Source of the DNA: Lepidodermella squamata
Taxonomy: Eukaryota > Animalia > Gastrotricha
Assembly: GCA_047495785.1 (NCBI GenBank)
Contig: JBLDXI010000010.1
Span: forward strand, 1,550,001-1,614,000
Length of the DNA stretch: 64,000 bases
Direction of reading: 5' to 3'
The first letter of the stretch is position 1; each line of letters starts with the position of its first letter. Of the stretch, positions 49,182 to 60,948 are shown one piece after another. The notes beneath the pieces are model-generated. The model saw nothing but the letters and a program-made list of their open reading frames with translations, did not search any database and had not been told where the DNA came from. The position numbers and the translations under genes are program-made.

Positions 49182-49476
49182 ATAAATTGATGTGTATAAT
49201 TTTTTGTCTGTTGTAACGATCGATTTTTGCCTCTCAACAAACGCGCCGCAACATTCTCATTAGCTATGATGAGTGGACAACGTAATGAAACGACGCCAGC
49301 GGCTCATCGCGGGTCTCTCGAGATAAGGGTGGTGGTGGTAATGCTTGTAAGACAGACAAAAACCGGCCACAAGTAATAAGGAAGATCGATAGGTGGTGGT
49401 ATTTTGGGATATTTTCGCCGCCGATACCCTCGATGTCAAAATTTAGCGATTCGCTATTCATAATACTTTGAGCATC

Positions 49477-50757
49477 ATGCGACTATTCAATGCTCCAATT
49501 CTTGATTCGACCATTCTTATACTGAATCTTGTCAATTTTTCGACTGTTAACGCTGGGGAACATGTGCTGGAGTCAGACGAAGAAATGCTGCTCGAAGTCT
49601 TCGCTAAGGAAGTCCTTTATGAAAAGTGTACCTTGGCAAGGTCGTTAGACATGCCCCTTGAACTCAAGTTACGACGTCATTTCAACTACCTCCCAATTCA
49701 AGCCGACCTCAAATTACACATTTACCGGTTCATAGACATTGATGACCTCCATGAAAGGTAATATAGCATATATCTAGTTGTAATCGAATTTCATCTTTCA
49801 TCTTTCAGCCTTCATCTCTATGTAAGGATGGAAATAACATGGGACATGCCTTTGAGTGACTGTGTATCGCTAGACCCTTACGAATTATTTGGAGATGAGT
49901 TTGGCAATATGACAAGTTACGTGCTCCAGCTTAACAAAGCCGATTCTTGGTACCCAATCCTTTTCCACATGACAGGCGTTCGGGATGACAGATTCTTCAA
50001 CAACTTAGTTCAGAGTGTTCAATTCACCGCGACTAACAACCCAGTAACAGGGTTCGTAGGCGGGACGGGAATTCTCGAGTTGAGCTGTGACGGTTTTCAG
50101 TTCTCCAGATTCCCTTTCGATAGGTTAGACTGCGACATGGAGTTGCAACTCGGCGATCAATCGGACCATGTCACGTTACGCAATGTCCTTTTCACATTGG
50201 AGCACGCCACCGAGCTGATAGGCGACGCCGATGTCTGGGAATTCGTAGCTGGGTCAAATTATCATTTTGTCAAAAAATTGGTCAGAAGTGGAAATTCGAC
50301 AATTCACGATGTTGCCTTTATGAAAATGTCCTTTCAACGGAAATCACGCTACTTTGTCGGGAGTATCTGCATGCCGATCGTGGTGTTAGCCGTGCTTCAA
50401 GTGTCTGCCCTCCTCATGCCTCCTGCTCACCCTGACCGAGCCATGTACTGCATGACAGTGGTACTCGCCTTCTCAGTAATGCTCGAAATGGTCTACTCAT
50501 CCATACCTCGTACTTCTCAGACCGTCTACCTCGTTATCATGATCCAGGCGTGTATTACAGTAGCAGCCGGTATTACAGTGTACTGTCTCAGTGCGGTTGC
50601 CCTGGCGCACGAGTTATGGGCGTCTAACACTGCCCTTTATATCAGAGGATATCGCGTAACAATGATTCGAATGATAGATTTTTCGATATTTTTTATTTCT
50701 TGTCTCATACTATTCGTAGTGGGCAGTATATGTTTTTCATTAATGTTAAATGCCTGA
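49477..50757 (+). CDS. Divergent Cys-loop receptor-like subunit, array gene 9
   Basis: Intron 49758-49808; CDGFQFSRFPFDRLDC; four TM segments. Confidence 0.9.
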
Positions 50758-51880
50758 TGATTTTTTCAAATTTTTTTGATACATTACCAACATTAGAGAA
50801 ATAAAAAATGATGGCGCAAAATAAAAATACTTAATTACCCTAATTCAGTTGACTGAGTGCCAATGAACCAAAGCAATATTAGTGCTTTTATCAAATGAAA
50901 AAGGGTGTTTTTCGAATTGGTTTTATTTAGCGCTCATATTATTATGCCATTGAGTATTTAAGTTATATAGTGGTATGCAGAGTTCATTCTAACATATATT
51001 TACCACAACGCACTAAGTAGATCAGAAGAAACACTGATGATTGGCGTAACTTTGACAGGTTATACTCCCGATTGTAGCAAAAATAGATCATCATCGATTT
51101 GAGGCTGTTTTTACCGAGTGCATAAGCAATTCACACATTTGGCTCTAAATTCGCCACTGTTTTCCCCACCTTTAATCCTTCTATCGATAAATTTGAGATA
51201 CACGATTGATGCGGCTATTTTTTGAATAGGAAGTATCAGCGATAATTTGCTACGTATTTACCTCACTAGTATTGATTCTATACAGGCTATGCGATCGTTT
51301 TTCAACAGGCCTAGAAGTAAACCGTTTTTCGACGTGTTACGTTGAAAGTAATGCGGTAACACGTATTTAGAGGCGCCATTCTCAAAACAGTACCGGGGCA
51401 CGATCTGCGTTGGTCTAAAGCAATTTTTGCTTATCTGGGTGAAGTAATATGAATTACTTTTTCAGAATAGAGACCGTCCGCAAGAAATGGAACAGTGGTT
51501 GCATAGTGCACAATCGATAAATAATCCATTGATAGTTTTTCTTTCGGGGGACTGTCTCAATTGTGAAATATTTCAACATTACGGCTATGCCTGAATTTTG
51601 CTGCTTCTTTCAATTTAGAGCAGGAATAAACTACTTAGCTGTATCAGTTGCATCAAAACGCCTCGTTAGTCTTGTGAAATTTGTAAATATTTCAGTGGGT
51701 CATTTCCTGATGCGCACGACTGAACACGCATTGGCTCTTCGCTCGCAAATTACACCCTTTTATTTAATTTGCGGCATCATTCAATTTGCTGTCTGATGAT
51801 CTGGAGGCATGTTCACAATTCAATATATATCCCATGTATTTTTCTAATGTTTCTTTCACGATTTTTCAAATTTTAGGAGA

Positions 51881-53176
51881 ATGGTTATATTTCTATTATT
51901 GCTGTATTTACGAATCATCCAGTTGATAAGTGGAGCTGGAACAGAAAATCTAACCAACTCAACGCCTCTGCTTAACGTTAAGCAGCCGAGAACTAAAACA
52001 ACATCACCATGGCCCGCGAAGCAAAAAGTTCAAAAAACGGATGAATACCTAGTCTTCGACAATCTGCAAGACGTGTTCTTCAACGTATTATGCCCACTGG
52101 CTAGGTCACGTGACCTGCCGCAAGAGCTCAAAGTTCGCCGGCGCTACACCGATCTACCAATCAACGCTTCGATAAAGCTTCACGTTTATCGATTCATTGA
52201 AATCAACGATATGGCTGAAAGTTTGACGCTTTACATTGGCCTGCAAATTGATTGGAGTCTGCCGAAAAATTCGTGCCAAGTCTTCGACGCCGAGGCAATT
52301 TACGGGCAGGAACATGCCGCTAATCACAGTTTGATCTTCCACAGAAACATCAATGATACCTGGTACCCGAAAGTCTATCACATGAACGCGAACCACGACA
52401 GTGAAGTTATCGATTCACTAGCGTCGAATGTCATGATGATCGCTAATGCTGACCCGGTTTTAATGGCAGTCTCAGTCACTGGGTTACTCGAGTCAGTTTG
52501 CGACGGTTTCCACTTCGCGAAATTTCCGTTCGATCGAATGGATTGCGAGATCAAATTCGAGCTTCATGACATAATTGAAGATCTAAGAATTCAAAGTATT
52601 GATTTCTCACTCGACGATCCGGTTGATTTGATTTCTGACGCTGATGTTTGGGATTTCATTCAAAACCCGGAGAATTGCTCGGCTGGTAACATAACCCGAT
52701 TTCGCCTAGGTGTTACCTTTGAAACGGCTACCTTCAAAATGTCCTTTCAACGGCGGTATCACTATTACCTTGGGAATATAGTGATACCTATTTTTCTATT
52801 GATTATCCTTCAATTAACGGCGTTATCACTGAATCCAGCCCTACCAGACCGTTCGACGTTCTGCATGACAGTAGTGCTGTCATTTTCTGTCTTAATGGGG
52901 CTAGTCTATTCGTCCATTCCACGAACCTCGGAAACAGTGTATCTTGTCATCATGGTTCAAGCGAAGACGATAGTTTCAGCGTTGATTACGGTTTACTCTT
53001 TAATAGCAACGACACTGGCTGATGCGAAATGGACGCGGCGATGCGTGACGATATTTTCAAAACCACTTTCTGTGTCGATCATTAGGCTGTTGGATCTGGC
53101 TGTTTTTCTAGCGTCTATGACCACGGTGGTCATCGTAGATATCTGCTGTGCTGTTTCAATGCTTCAACAAAATTGA
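51881..53176 (+). CDS. Divergent Cys-loop receptor-like subunit, array gene 10 (single-exon CDS)
   Basis: 431-aa uninterrupted ORF; CPLARSRDLPQEL; CDGFHFAKFPFDRMDC; four TM segments. Confidence 0.93.
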   Translation: MVIFLLLLYLRIIQLISGAGTENLTNSTPLLNVKQPRTKTTSPWPAKQKVQKTDEYLVFDNLQDVFFNVLCPLARSRDLPQELKVRRRYTDLPINASIKLHVYRFIEINDMAESLTLYIGLQIDWSLPKNSCQVFDAEAIYGQEHAANHSLIFHRNINDTWYPKVYHMNANHDSEVIDSLASNVMMIANADPVLMAVSVTGLLESVCDGFHFAKFPFDRMDCEIKFELHDIIEDLRIQSIDFSLDDPVDLISDADVWDFIQNPENCSAGNITRFRLGVTFETATFKMSFQRRYHYYLGNIVIPIFLLIILQLTALSLNPALPDRSTFCMTVVLSFSVLMGLVYSSIPRTSETVYLVIMVQAKTIVSALITVYSLIATTLADAKWTRRCVTIFSKPLSVSIIRLLDLAVFLASMTTVVIVDICCAVSMLQQN

Positions 53177-55211
53177 GGATGAATTCAGCCTAAATAGGAA
53201 GCAATATACCTGTCGAATGCTTTCTCGATGATTTGTTTGCTATTTTTCGTACTGAAAAAATAAAACTGGATAATTTCAGCTCGCGGCCTGGTTATTAAAT
53301 TGGGTTTCCGCTTATTAGTTGTTAAGAGTTTTTTTTGAAATTTTTCGATACAATCAATAGCTGAGCTAACTCATTATTATACAGAAACCGGTTCATTCGC
53401 ATATTTTTTATTTGTTTGTTGCGTTGTTTTTACTGATTGCTTTCGCACCTCTAAGTAGTATGCATTGAGGTCAGTGAATTCAATTTGTCCATAAATTTCA
53501 CGCTGAGACGAGCAGGATCAATGATTGTCTGACCATTGAGAAACATTATTTTTCACATAATTCATAACTCCATTCATCAAAGGTGTCACAACATTTTACA
53601 GTAGTTTTCTATCAACAATTTAATGAGGCTTTTACCAAAACTAGATTTTTCCTTGCTATCGAGCTAAAAATCTGTTGAATGCTATGGGAGTATCCTCTCA
53701 TTTTGCAATCGTAGCGGAACCGTGCACAATTAGGCCAAAATTCAATAAGGGCGCCATTCAAACGACTTGCTCGCATTTGCACTCGATTATAAGTGAAATA
53801 AGGAAGTTCTGTCTATGAATCTGTCACGAGTATACAAAATTGATGATCAAAAATGCTACATGATCTGCGACATTTGGGATTTAGATGACCGTGGCATCCG
53901 GTCAACTTCATGGTCTTTTTTCAGCCAAAATAGAGTTGTGTAATGTGACTGATTTCTCTCTATCAAACAAGGAAATTGAGCCACTGTGATTGATTGAGTG
54001 AGCGCTGTTTCTCAGGCCATAAATGAGAACGTCCGCATGAGAAGAACAAAAAAAACAAACAAAAGTGTTCTGACACAATGCTTTTTCGATCGCATTTGTT
54101 ATTACTTTCCATGCGGACGGTCTCACATCAAAAAAAACCATTGAGAATAAGCACCACTATCCCAGCTTTCTACTACTGCTACCTCTTCTCAAACCATATA
54201 TTGAATTCCAGAATTTTTTTGAAGAAGCAAGAGTTTTCGCCAGTCTCTTTTTGATTCTTCTGGCATCATGTCTCTATGCTTTCCAAATTATCCAGCGTTT
54301 CTGAGGTCCTAGATTTTTCCTGGTTCAATCTTCTCATAACGGGTTCTTTGCATCTGTAAACCAACAAATTCCGGCCTACAAGACAAAGTTATGAATTTCT
54401 AATTCATTTATTATGTTTTTTACATGCGACCCAGATAACACTGAGTATAGGCCACATAAAAAAAGATGCCGTTATAATTTATTGAATTTTTTTATGGCGG
54501 AATAACTAAGGACTAGTCACTAAGCCCGATGAGTATTAAATTTGATTTGCCTCACATATTTTATCATCACTAAATTTATCACGCCTTGCCCTTGCCAAAT
54601 TTTGCTATAGCGGGGCTCAGAACAGTTAGAACACTCTGCGTTGAGGTGCTTCCGGCCGGTCAGCAATAGGCCTATTACAACAATTATTTCTCTGCAGATA
54701 TGCGTTCGCCTGATACCTTATCCCCCGCTATAGTGAGATGGGATTACTTGCTCAAAGGAAAACTGTTATCAGCGTAATGTTTAACTCGTTACATCGTTAA
54801 CAACAAGGAAAAAAGCAAGCGTGCTCGCCATGCTAGATTAGTTTCAAGTCGGTAGCATTACTTGATCCGTGATATGCGCGATCAGTGTGTGTGTTTTTTC
54901 CTCGCCGGCCGTAATTTGCGTGCTCACAGGCGAGAAATCAATTGCAGTGTTATTGCTGGCTCGATTGAAGCTCGCTATACACCGCGTGAGAAACACGTAG
55001 TGGTTGCTTGGTGTTGCTGGTAGTGGCAGCGCAGCGCGATATGCATGTTTTCAACACGCTCTGCTAATTCGACGCGCGATCTTCTCTTTCTCTTCTTAGA
55101 GCTGGAATAATAATAACATTTTACGTAATAATAATAACTCAGCAACCGGTGCGCGGCTTATTACAACGAGACGCGCCTGCTGGTCTTCACTCAGTCGACC
55201 TTTCCCTCGCG

Positions 55212-58109
55212 ATGAAGCGATGTTGTTGTCTGAACGCTAGCATATTAACGCTGCAGGTGATTTTACTAGTCAATACATTTTCTGCAAATTGCCAGAAAAG
55301 CGCGGAACAAATAGCAGCGAGTGGTGATGCCGTCAATGAATTTTTCATTGTCGACGAGAGCCCGGATAAATCGGTTGCAGGATTCGATGCCTTGCTGTCC
55401 GACGAGGCTGAGAAGCAGTTCTTCAACGTCAGTTGTCAACTGGCGCGGTCGAAAAACCTGCCACAGGAGTTGTATCTTAGGAATCAGACGGCGGATTTGC
55501 CTATTACGGTAACACTGATGTTCCGCGTTTACCGATTCATCGACATATCGGATTTGGAGGAAAGGTCAGTTCTTGGAATTTCTGATTTCATAACATTTTC
55601 ATGCTGCTGATAATTTGCGACTGGCGATCGCATTTTAGGGCTTACCTAGATTGTATTTTCAGGTAGATCTTACCTAAATCTCAAAAGTCTGAATAAAGAC
55701 CGTTAATGTTATAGTATTTATTCGCCAATCAGCTTTGAGTTTTGCAGACCAAATTATATCTGATTTTAGGCAATGTAATTCAAATTTACAAGACAATTCA
55801 AGGAATTTCTAAAACGAAGTGCCCATTTTCACATAATTTTCCTGGTTTTCCTGGTTAGAGTTAGGGTTAGGTTTAGGGCTATAGTCTATAGTAAGGTTTA
55901 GGATCGGAGTCAGGGTTAAGGTTATGTACTTGAAAAAAGTTATGTATGAATAGGTAAAAAGTACCAATTAATTATAAGCGAAAGGGGGCACTTTTCCCGA
56001 AATTCCATGCATTTTTAACTGACTGCAACCTTTGTGAATTAGTAAAGTGAACTGATGATCATTTTCATATTGAATTTTCCCCCGCTAAATAGCTTTCATG
56101 ATGTGCCAAAGAACTGTAGGTCAGCGAATGCAGGAATTTTCGACAGCCTTAAGTATACATTTTTCGATATTTCACTAATACAGGGCTTCTCAATACCTGA
56201 CCCTCGGCGACCCCAAAATTTACATTCTCACCAGGCTGCGACCCCTACCGATTTTTTTTTAATTTTTATGGTTTTTTGGTATTGCAAAAAATGCCTCAAA
56301 TTACGAAATTCTACGACAAAATGGTCAAATATTGCACAATTTCGATCCATTTTTCTAAAAATTTCCTGAAACTTCTACATATATGAGGTTCCAAGCCGCA
56401 TTTTCGACCGGTTTTAAGTCAAATATTGTGGGTGGCGAGCGAAGCGAGCTTTAGCTGACGCTATTTGTCACACATTTTCTGGAAGAGTGACCATAAAATG
56501 GATCAAATCTTCTAATTTTTTAGTTTTATCAAAATGATCATTCGACCCCCGCGACCCTTGGACCGGTCCGCGACCCCTCAAAAATTGGCCCGCGACCCCC
56601 GCGGGGGTCGCGACCCACCGTTTGAGAAGCGCTGCACTAATATGTTGCACTTGTGCGGCAGATCAAGATGTGTTAAGCCGGATACAACAGCTCTGTTCTT
56701 TGAGATTGTTGCGCATTGTGACGCCGAGATTGCGTCTCAAGAAAAATAAAAAAATCACAGCTTGTCGTTCTTGCAGCAAAACCGGCTCATTTTTCGCCAA
56801 CTTTCCTCATTTGCCAAACCATCCTCGAATACAAAAATTCAGCCTGTAAGACCCATTCCTGCAGTTCTGCATCTATTGTTAGATTTTATCTTGCGACGCA
56901 ATTTCGGCGTCACTATGCGACTTTTCCTGAGGAAATTTGGCTCTAAACTCTAAATTGGTTCAAATTTCGACTTTCAGAAGCACTTGGTTTATTCAGATAT
57001 CTTCAAGGATGACTTTGACGATGACTTTGAGACTCGCCATTCATGCCGGGCCAAAGAATACGTAAAACTGGCAACTCTGCTCATATAGGCTGAATTCCAT
57101 GAATTTAAATTGGACTTTGGTGTAACAATGAAAAATGGATTAGTTTAACAGTAATTTATTGTTCTTTCCTAGGATGTCGCTATACGTTCGAGTTGTTCAA
57201 TTCTGGAACATACCGGTTAACGGCTGCACACCGATGTATCCCTTCGTCGAAAAGCCACCAGCAAATATATTCTTCTCTAAGCAGAGGAAAGATATGTGGC
57301 TGCCTCTCATCATCCACCCAAACGCCGTGGAACAAGTCCAATTTTTCGAAACTCCAAAAGACCTAGGCTTCATCGCATGGGCCAATTTTCCGAATTTCGA
57401 TGCAGTCAACGGCTACGCTTACTACTACGGCTTATTCGACACTTACTGCCACGGTTTCACCTACTCGAGATTTCCATTTGATAGAGTTGATTGCGAAATT
57501 GAAATCGTGCTCAAAGAGCCTACCGATATTATAATCTTCGACGATGTCGACTTCACAATCGACGATGTTTCGCTACTCAGCGACAAAACCGAGATTTGGG
57601 AATTTGTTCCGAACGACCGAAATTATACTATACGTAATATAACTACAGGCCGAGTGAAATTTTCGGGGCTAAGATTAGAAATGGCCTTCGCGAGACGTTA
57701 CTTCTACTTTCTTGGCAGTTTAATACTGCCGATCATGATTCTGACTGCTTTGCAACTATCAGCCCTGCTTATGGACCCATGCATTCCAGACCGGCCGACT
57801 TTTTGCATGTCGGTCGTACTGGCCTACTCAGTTATATTGTCAATGATCTACGACTCGATACCTAAAACGTCCGAAGTCGTGTATCTCGCCGTTTTGGTTC
57901 AAATTAGCACTATTGTTTCATGTGTGATCACAATTTATACCTCAGCGACGGTTTCGCTGGCAGACTACCGCTGGGCACGGCGGCGGGTCAGGGTTTTGAA
58001 AAATCTTTCGATATCTTACATGAGATGTGTGGATATTCTCGTAGGGGTGACCGCGTCATTTGTTCTCTTCATTGTTGGAGCAAACTGTTTGTACGAAATG
58101 CTAAAGTAG
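55212..58109 (+). CDS. Divergent Cys-loop receptor-like subunit, array gene 11 (intron expanded by TEs)
   Basis: Exon 1 ends DLEER at the conserved position; intron 55565-57172; CHGFTYSRFPFDRVDC; four TM segments. Confidence 0.88.
55802..56006. repeat. Small element with imperfect terminal inverted repeats and internal degenerate TTAGGG-like repeats
   Basis: ggaatttc..aagtgccc at left and gggcactt..gaaattcc at right. Core gttagagttagggttaggtttaggg..agggttaaggtta at about 55855-55925. Confidence 0.6.
56181..56634. mobile_element. hAT-superfamily (Charlie-like) MITE, 454 bp
   Basis: TIRs CAGGGCTTCTCAA and TTGAGAAGCGCTG (12/13 match). Perfect 8-bp TSD cactaata at 56173-56180 and 56635-56642. 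Multiple subterminal gcgacccc motifs. Confidence 0.92.
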
Positions 58110-58191
58110 TTTTTTTACCAAATAAAAAATTAACAAATCGGATTATGTCAAGGCGTCTTTTGAACGGAGAAAATGTGAAAAAGCAGTTGAA

Positions 58192-59102
58192 ATGCGATTT
58201 TTGACAATCTTGCTGGTTTGTAGCCCTGTCTCAGGGGCTGGTTACGGGAACGATTGTGCCAAGGATTCAGATTGCGATGGAACTTACATCTGTGCCGATG
58301 ACTACTGCGCCTGCACAGCGAATTATCCTTACTTGTATTCTGGGTCTTGCCTTTCAAGCATCGCGTGGTCTCAGTGCTACGGCTGTGCTCAATACAAAGC
58401 AGCTTGTCAGGTAGGTTTCATGAGTCCAAGCTAGTTTAGGTTTAGGTCTGATCTCTTATGCAAATTTCACGAAACTTAAGAAAAATCAGCCTTCAGCTTT
58501 CAACTTCTCTGCAGAGAGCGAAGTAGGACAGCAGAACTGGTTAGGATTATAAGCACAACCGAAATAAGGGCCCCCGTTTGGTCTTTGACTGATTGTAGGG
58601 ATCATCCCTGCCAGTTTCATCTTTCCGTACGATGAACTCAGAACTCAGTGACCTAAGGGAAGAACCTTATAATCCTTATAATTCCTTATAATTCCAACCA
58701 GTTCCGCTGCCCCACTTCGTCTCTGGGACTGAGTTCACCTTGAAACGGTGGGGATGACCCCTACCATCCCCAGCGGTACTCCGCTCCCTTTCCAGATCAG
58801 TAATCCGCTATTTCTATAATTTCTACAATTCACTGATTTTGATACCTTAGGTTACTTCAAATTGCCGAGGCTCTATGACGTGTAACAATGGCTACTGCGG
58901 ATGCAGCGGCAAAACACCATACTACCAGGGCAACGGTGTCTGTGCAGAAGTGCGTTGCGCTAAGGGCAACTGCAACTACAATGACCAATGCTCGAGAGGT
59001 ACTTATTGCAAGTACGGCTGCTGCGCCAACAAAAGCAGCACAATCCGTGACATCAAGCTTACTAAGCTGATATTTTTCACCGCTTTGATGATAAAAAACT
59101 AA
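58192..59102 (+). CDS. Cys-rich secreted/GPI-anchored protein with EB/EGF-like repeats, paralog 1 (2 exons)
   Basis: Signal peptide; repeats C-x5-C-x5-C-x4-C-x-C..PY..C; intron 58411-58850; moderately hydrophobic tail. Confidence 0.8.
58512..58789. mobile_element. MITE-like foldback element (CAGAGAGCGAAGTA termini), composite copy inside an intron
   Basis: 58512-58552 is an imperfect inverted repeat of about 58683-58727. 58740-58789 is the diverged reverse complement of 60470-60518. Confidence 0.65.
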
Positions 59103-59253
59103 TTATCCTTAGCAACGTTGATTGTTCAAGTGCTCGAGTTGATGCTTATTTGTTTACCTAGAGCGCTAGAAAAATAAATAACACGCAAAACAACACGCAA
59201 AAAAGGCAAAAACAAACAGGCAGTGTGAATCTATCTGTTAATTTCAATTACGA

Positions 59254-59934
59254 ATGATGTGTAAATATTACCCAGTAATAATTTTGATCGCCGCTATTCT
59301 CGGGATGGCCTCTGCAGTTGGGCTAGGCGGTCCGTGCAAAACGAGGGGCAACTGCAATGCTGGGCTAGTCTGCACCCTAGGTTACTGCGAATGCCCCTCC
59401 CAAATGCCCTACTACTACCAAACTGGATGCTCGAGTGAATTGTTGATCTGGAACGATTGCAGAGGCTGTGCTGGTGTTAATGCGACCTGCACGATCAGTT
59501 CGCAGTGCCGCGGCAACATGGGCTGTTTTGATGGCAAATGCGGCTGCTTCGGGGCTTATCCGTTCTACCAATCGAATGGGCGGTGTTCAGCTTCGTCCCG
59601 GGACTGCAATGGGTGTGTTGGTTACGGGGAAGAATGTACGATTTCAACGCAATGTTCTGGCGAATTGGGATGCTATGATGGTGTTTGCGCATGTGGCGGC
59701 ACTGCCCCAGCCTATTTAGGCCAGGGGAAGTGCTCGGTGGTTCAGACAGAGGCTCCGAAGACCAAGACGTGTGTCATCGCGAGTTGTACGACAAACCTGA
59801 ATTGTTTAACTGATCAGTTTTGCGACAAGAGTGGATGCTGCTTGCTTTCGGCTGCTGAAGTGAACTATGCGAGTGTTTTCACTGTTTTAGGATCAATCAT
59901 TCTTCTTGCCATCAGATTCAGGCTGTACTCTTAA
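59254..59934 (+). CDS. Cys-rich GPI-anchored protein with EB/EGF-like repeats, paralog 2 (intronless)
   Basis: 226 aa; signal peptide; three C..C..C..G.C.C..P[YFA]Y..C units plus a terminal 6-Cys unit; C-terminal hydrophobic segment. Confidence 0.85.
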   Translation: MMCKYYPVIILIAAILGMASAVGLGGPCKTRGNCNAGLVCTLGYCECPSQMPYYYQTGCSSELLIWNDCRGCAGVNATCTISSQCRGNMGCFDGKCGCFGAYPFYQSNGRCSASSRDCNGCVGYGEECTISTQCSGELGCYDGVCACGGTAPAYLGQGKCSVVQTEAPKTKTCVIASCTTNLNCLTDQFCDKSGCCLLSAAEVNYASVFTVLGSIILLAIRFRLYS

Positions 59935-60466
59935 GACTATAAGCCAATAGTATTTATATTTTTAAAATAAACTCTCTTGCATGAAGCTAGTCGATAGTAT
60001 TGTTGATCTTGTTAACCAGGCCTAGTCAGCCGTGAAGATTCTGCTTAAATTTGTAATGATTTAACATTCAGTGCTTAACGGACCCTCCGAATCCATAAAT
60101 CGCTATTGGCTGGACTGACAATAGCTGAAGCACGCAATTTCCCAACTTCATTTTCATTTTTTGAAAAGTAGGAAAACCTCAGAAAACGCAATGCTGAATC
60201 GAACCCAGGAGGTTTGGGATATTTTACATCAGATTTCATGAAAATGAAAATTTTTTTGGTATTTGGTATCTCAGACACTCACAACATTGTAAAGAAAATG
60301 TCGCCTGAACGCGACCACAATGACAAGGTCTGTTACTGCTCAAAACTGGACGGTGAACGGTGACATGGGTTTACCTATTCATCCTCAATTTTTACCCACT
60401 TTTCACCTCAAATTCAAAAGAATAGAAAAACATGTCTACCTTCTAAAGCGTTACCACTAGAAGAGG

Positions 60467-60607
60467 CAGAGAGCGAAGTACCGCCATGGATAGTAGGAAT
60501 GATCCCCACCAGTTCAATCGGTCCGCAAGTTGAGCTCAAAGAAAGACCAAAGACCTTATGCCGATTTTCCTTACCTCAACCAGTTCGGTTGTCTAATTCG
60601 CTCTCTG
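60467..60607. mobile_element. 141-bp MITE of the same family as 58512-58789
   Basis: Termini cagagagcgaa and ttcgctctctg form an 11-bp perfect inverted repeat. Internal similarity to the intronic copy. Confidence 0.65.
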
Positions 60608-60948
60608 AACGCAGGTTTACCCTGCGATTGCTGAAATGACTCATCTAATCCATTCATTCGTTGATAGAAATTTTTCCCTTCTTAACTCCTTTCCCTTGGG
60701 AACAGGTTGGCATCAAATTAAGCCTTTTCAAACTCCCAACAAATTTAAAATTAGTTTTATAGTTTTTGCCGTATTTTGCTATCTGCAGAACAGGGGCGTT
60801 ACCCGGAAAATATGTTGGTAGTTGTTGTGGATGTTTGTGTTGTGTGGTTGTGTGGAAAGAACTTTAAAACAATCTTCGACAATTTTATTATCCTTTTGTC
60901 ATTCACAATCGAATAAATGATATTTTATCTTAATAATATAGCGTTTCT

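Noticed and set aside
53450-54420. Possible decayed gene or retroelement on the minus strand
   Set aside because: Only weak coding-like patches and no diagnostic motif.
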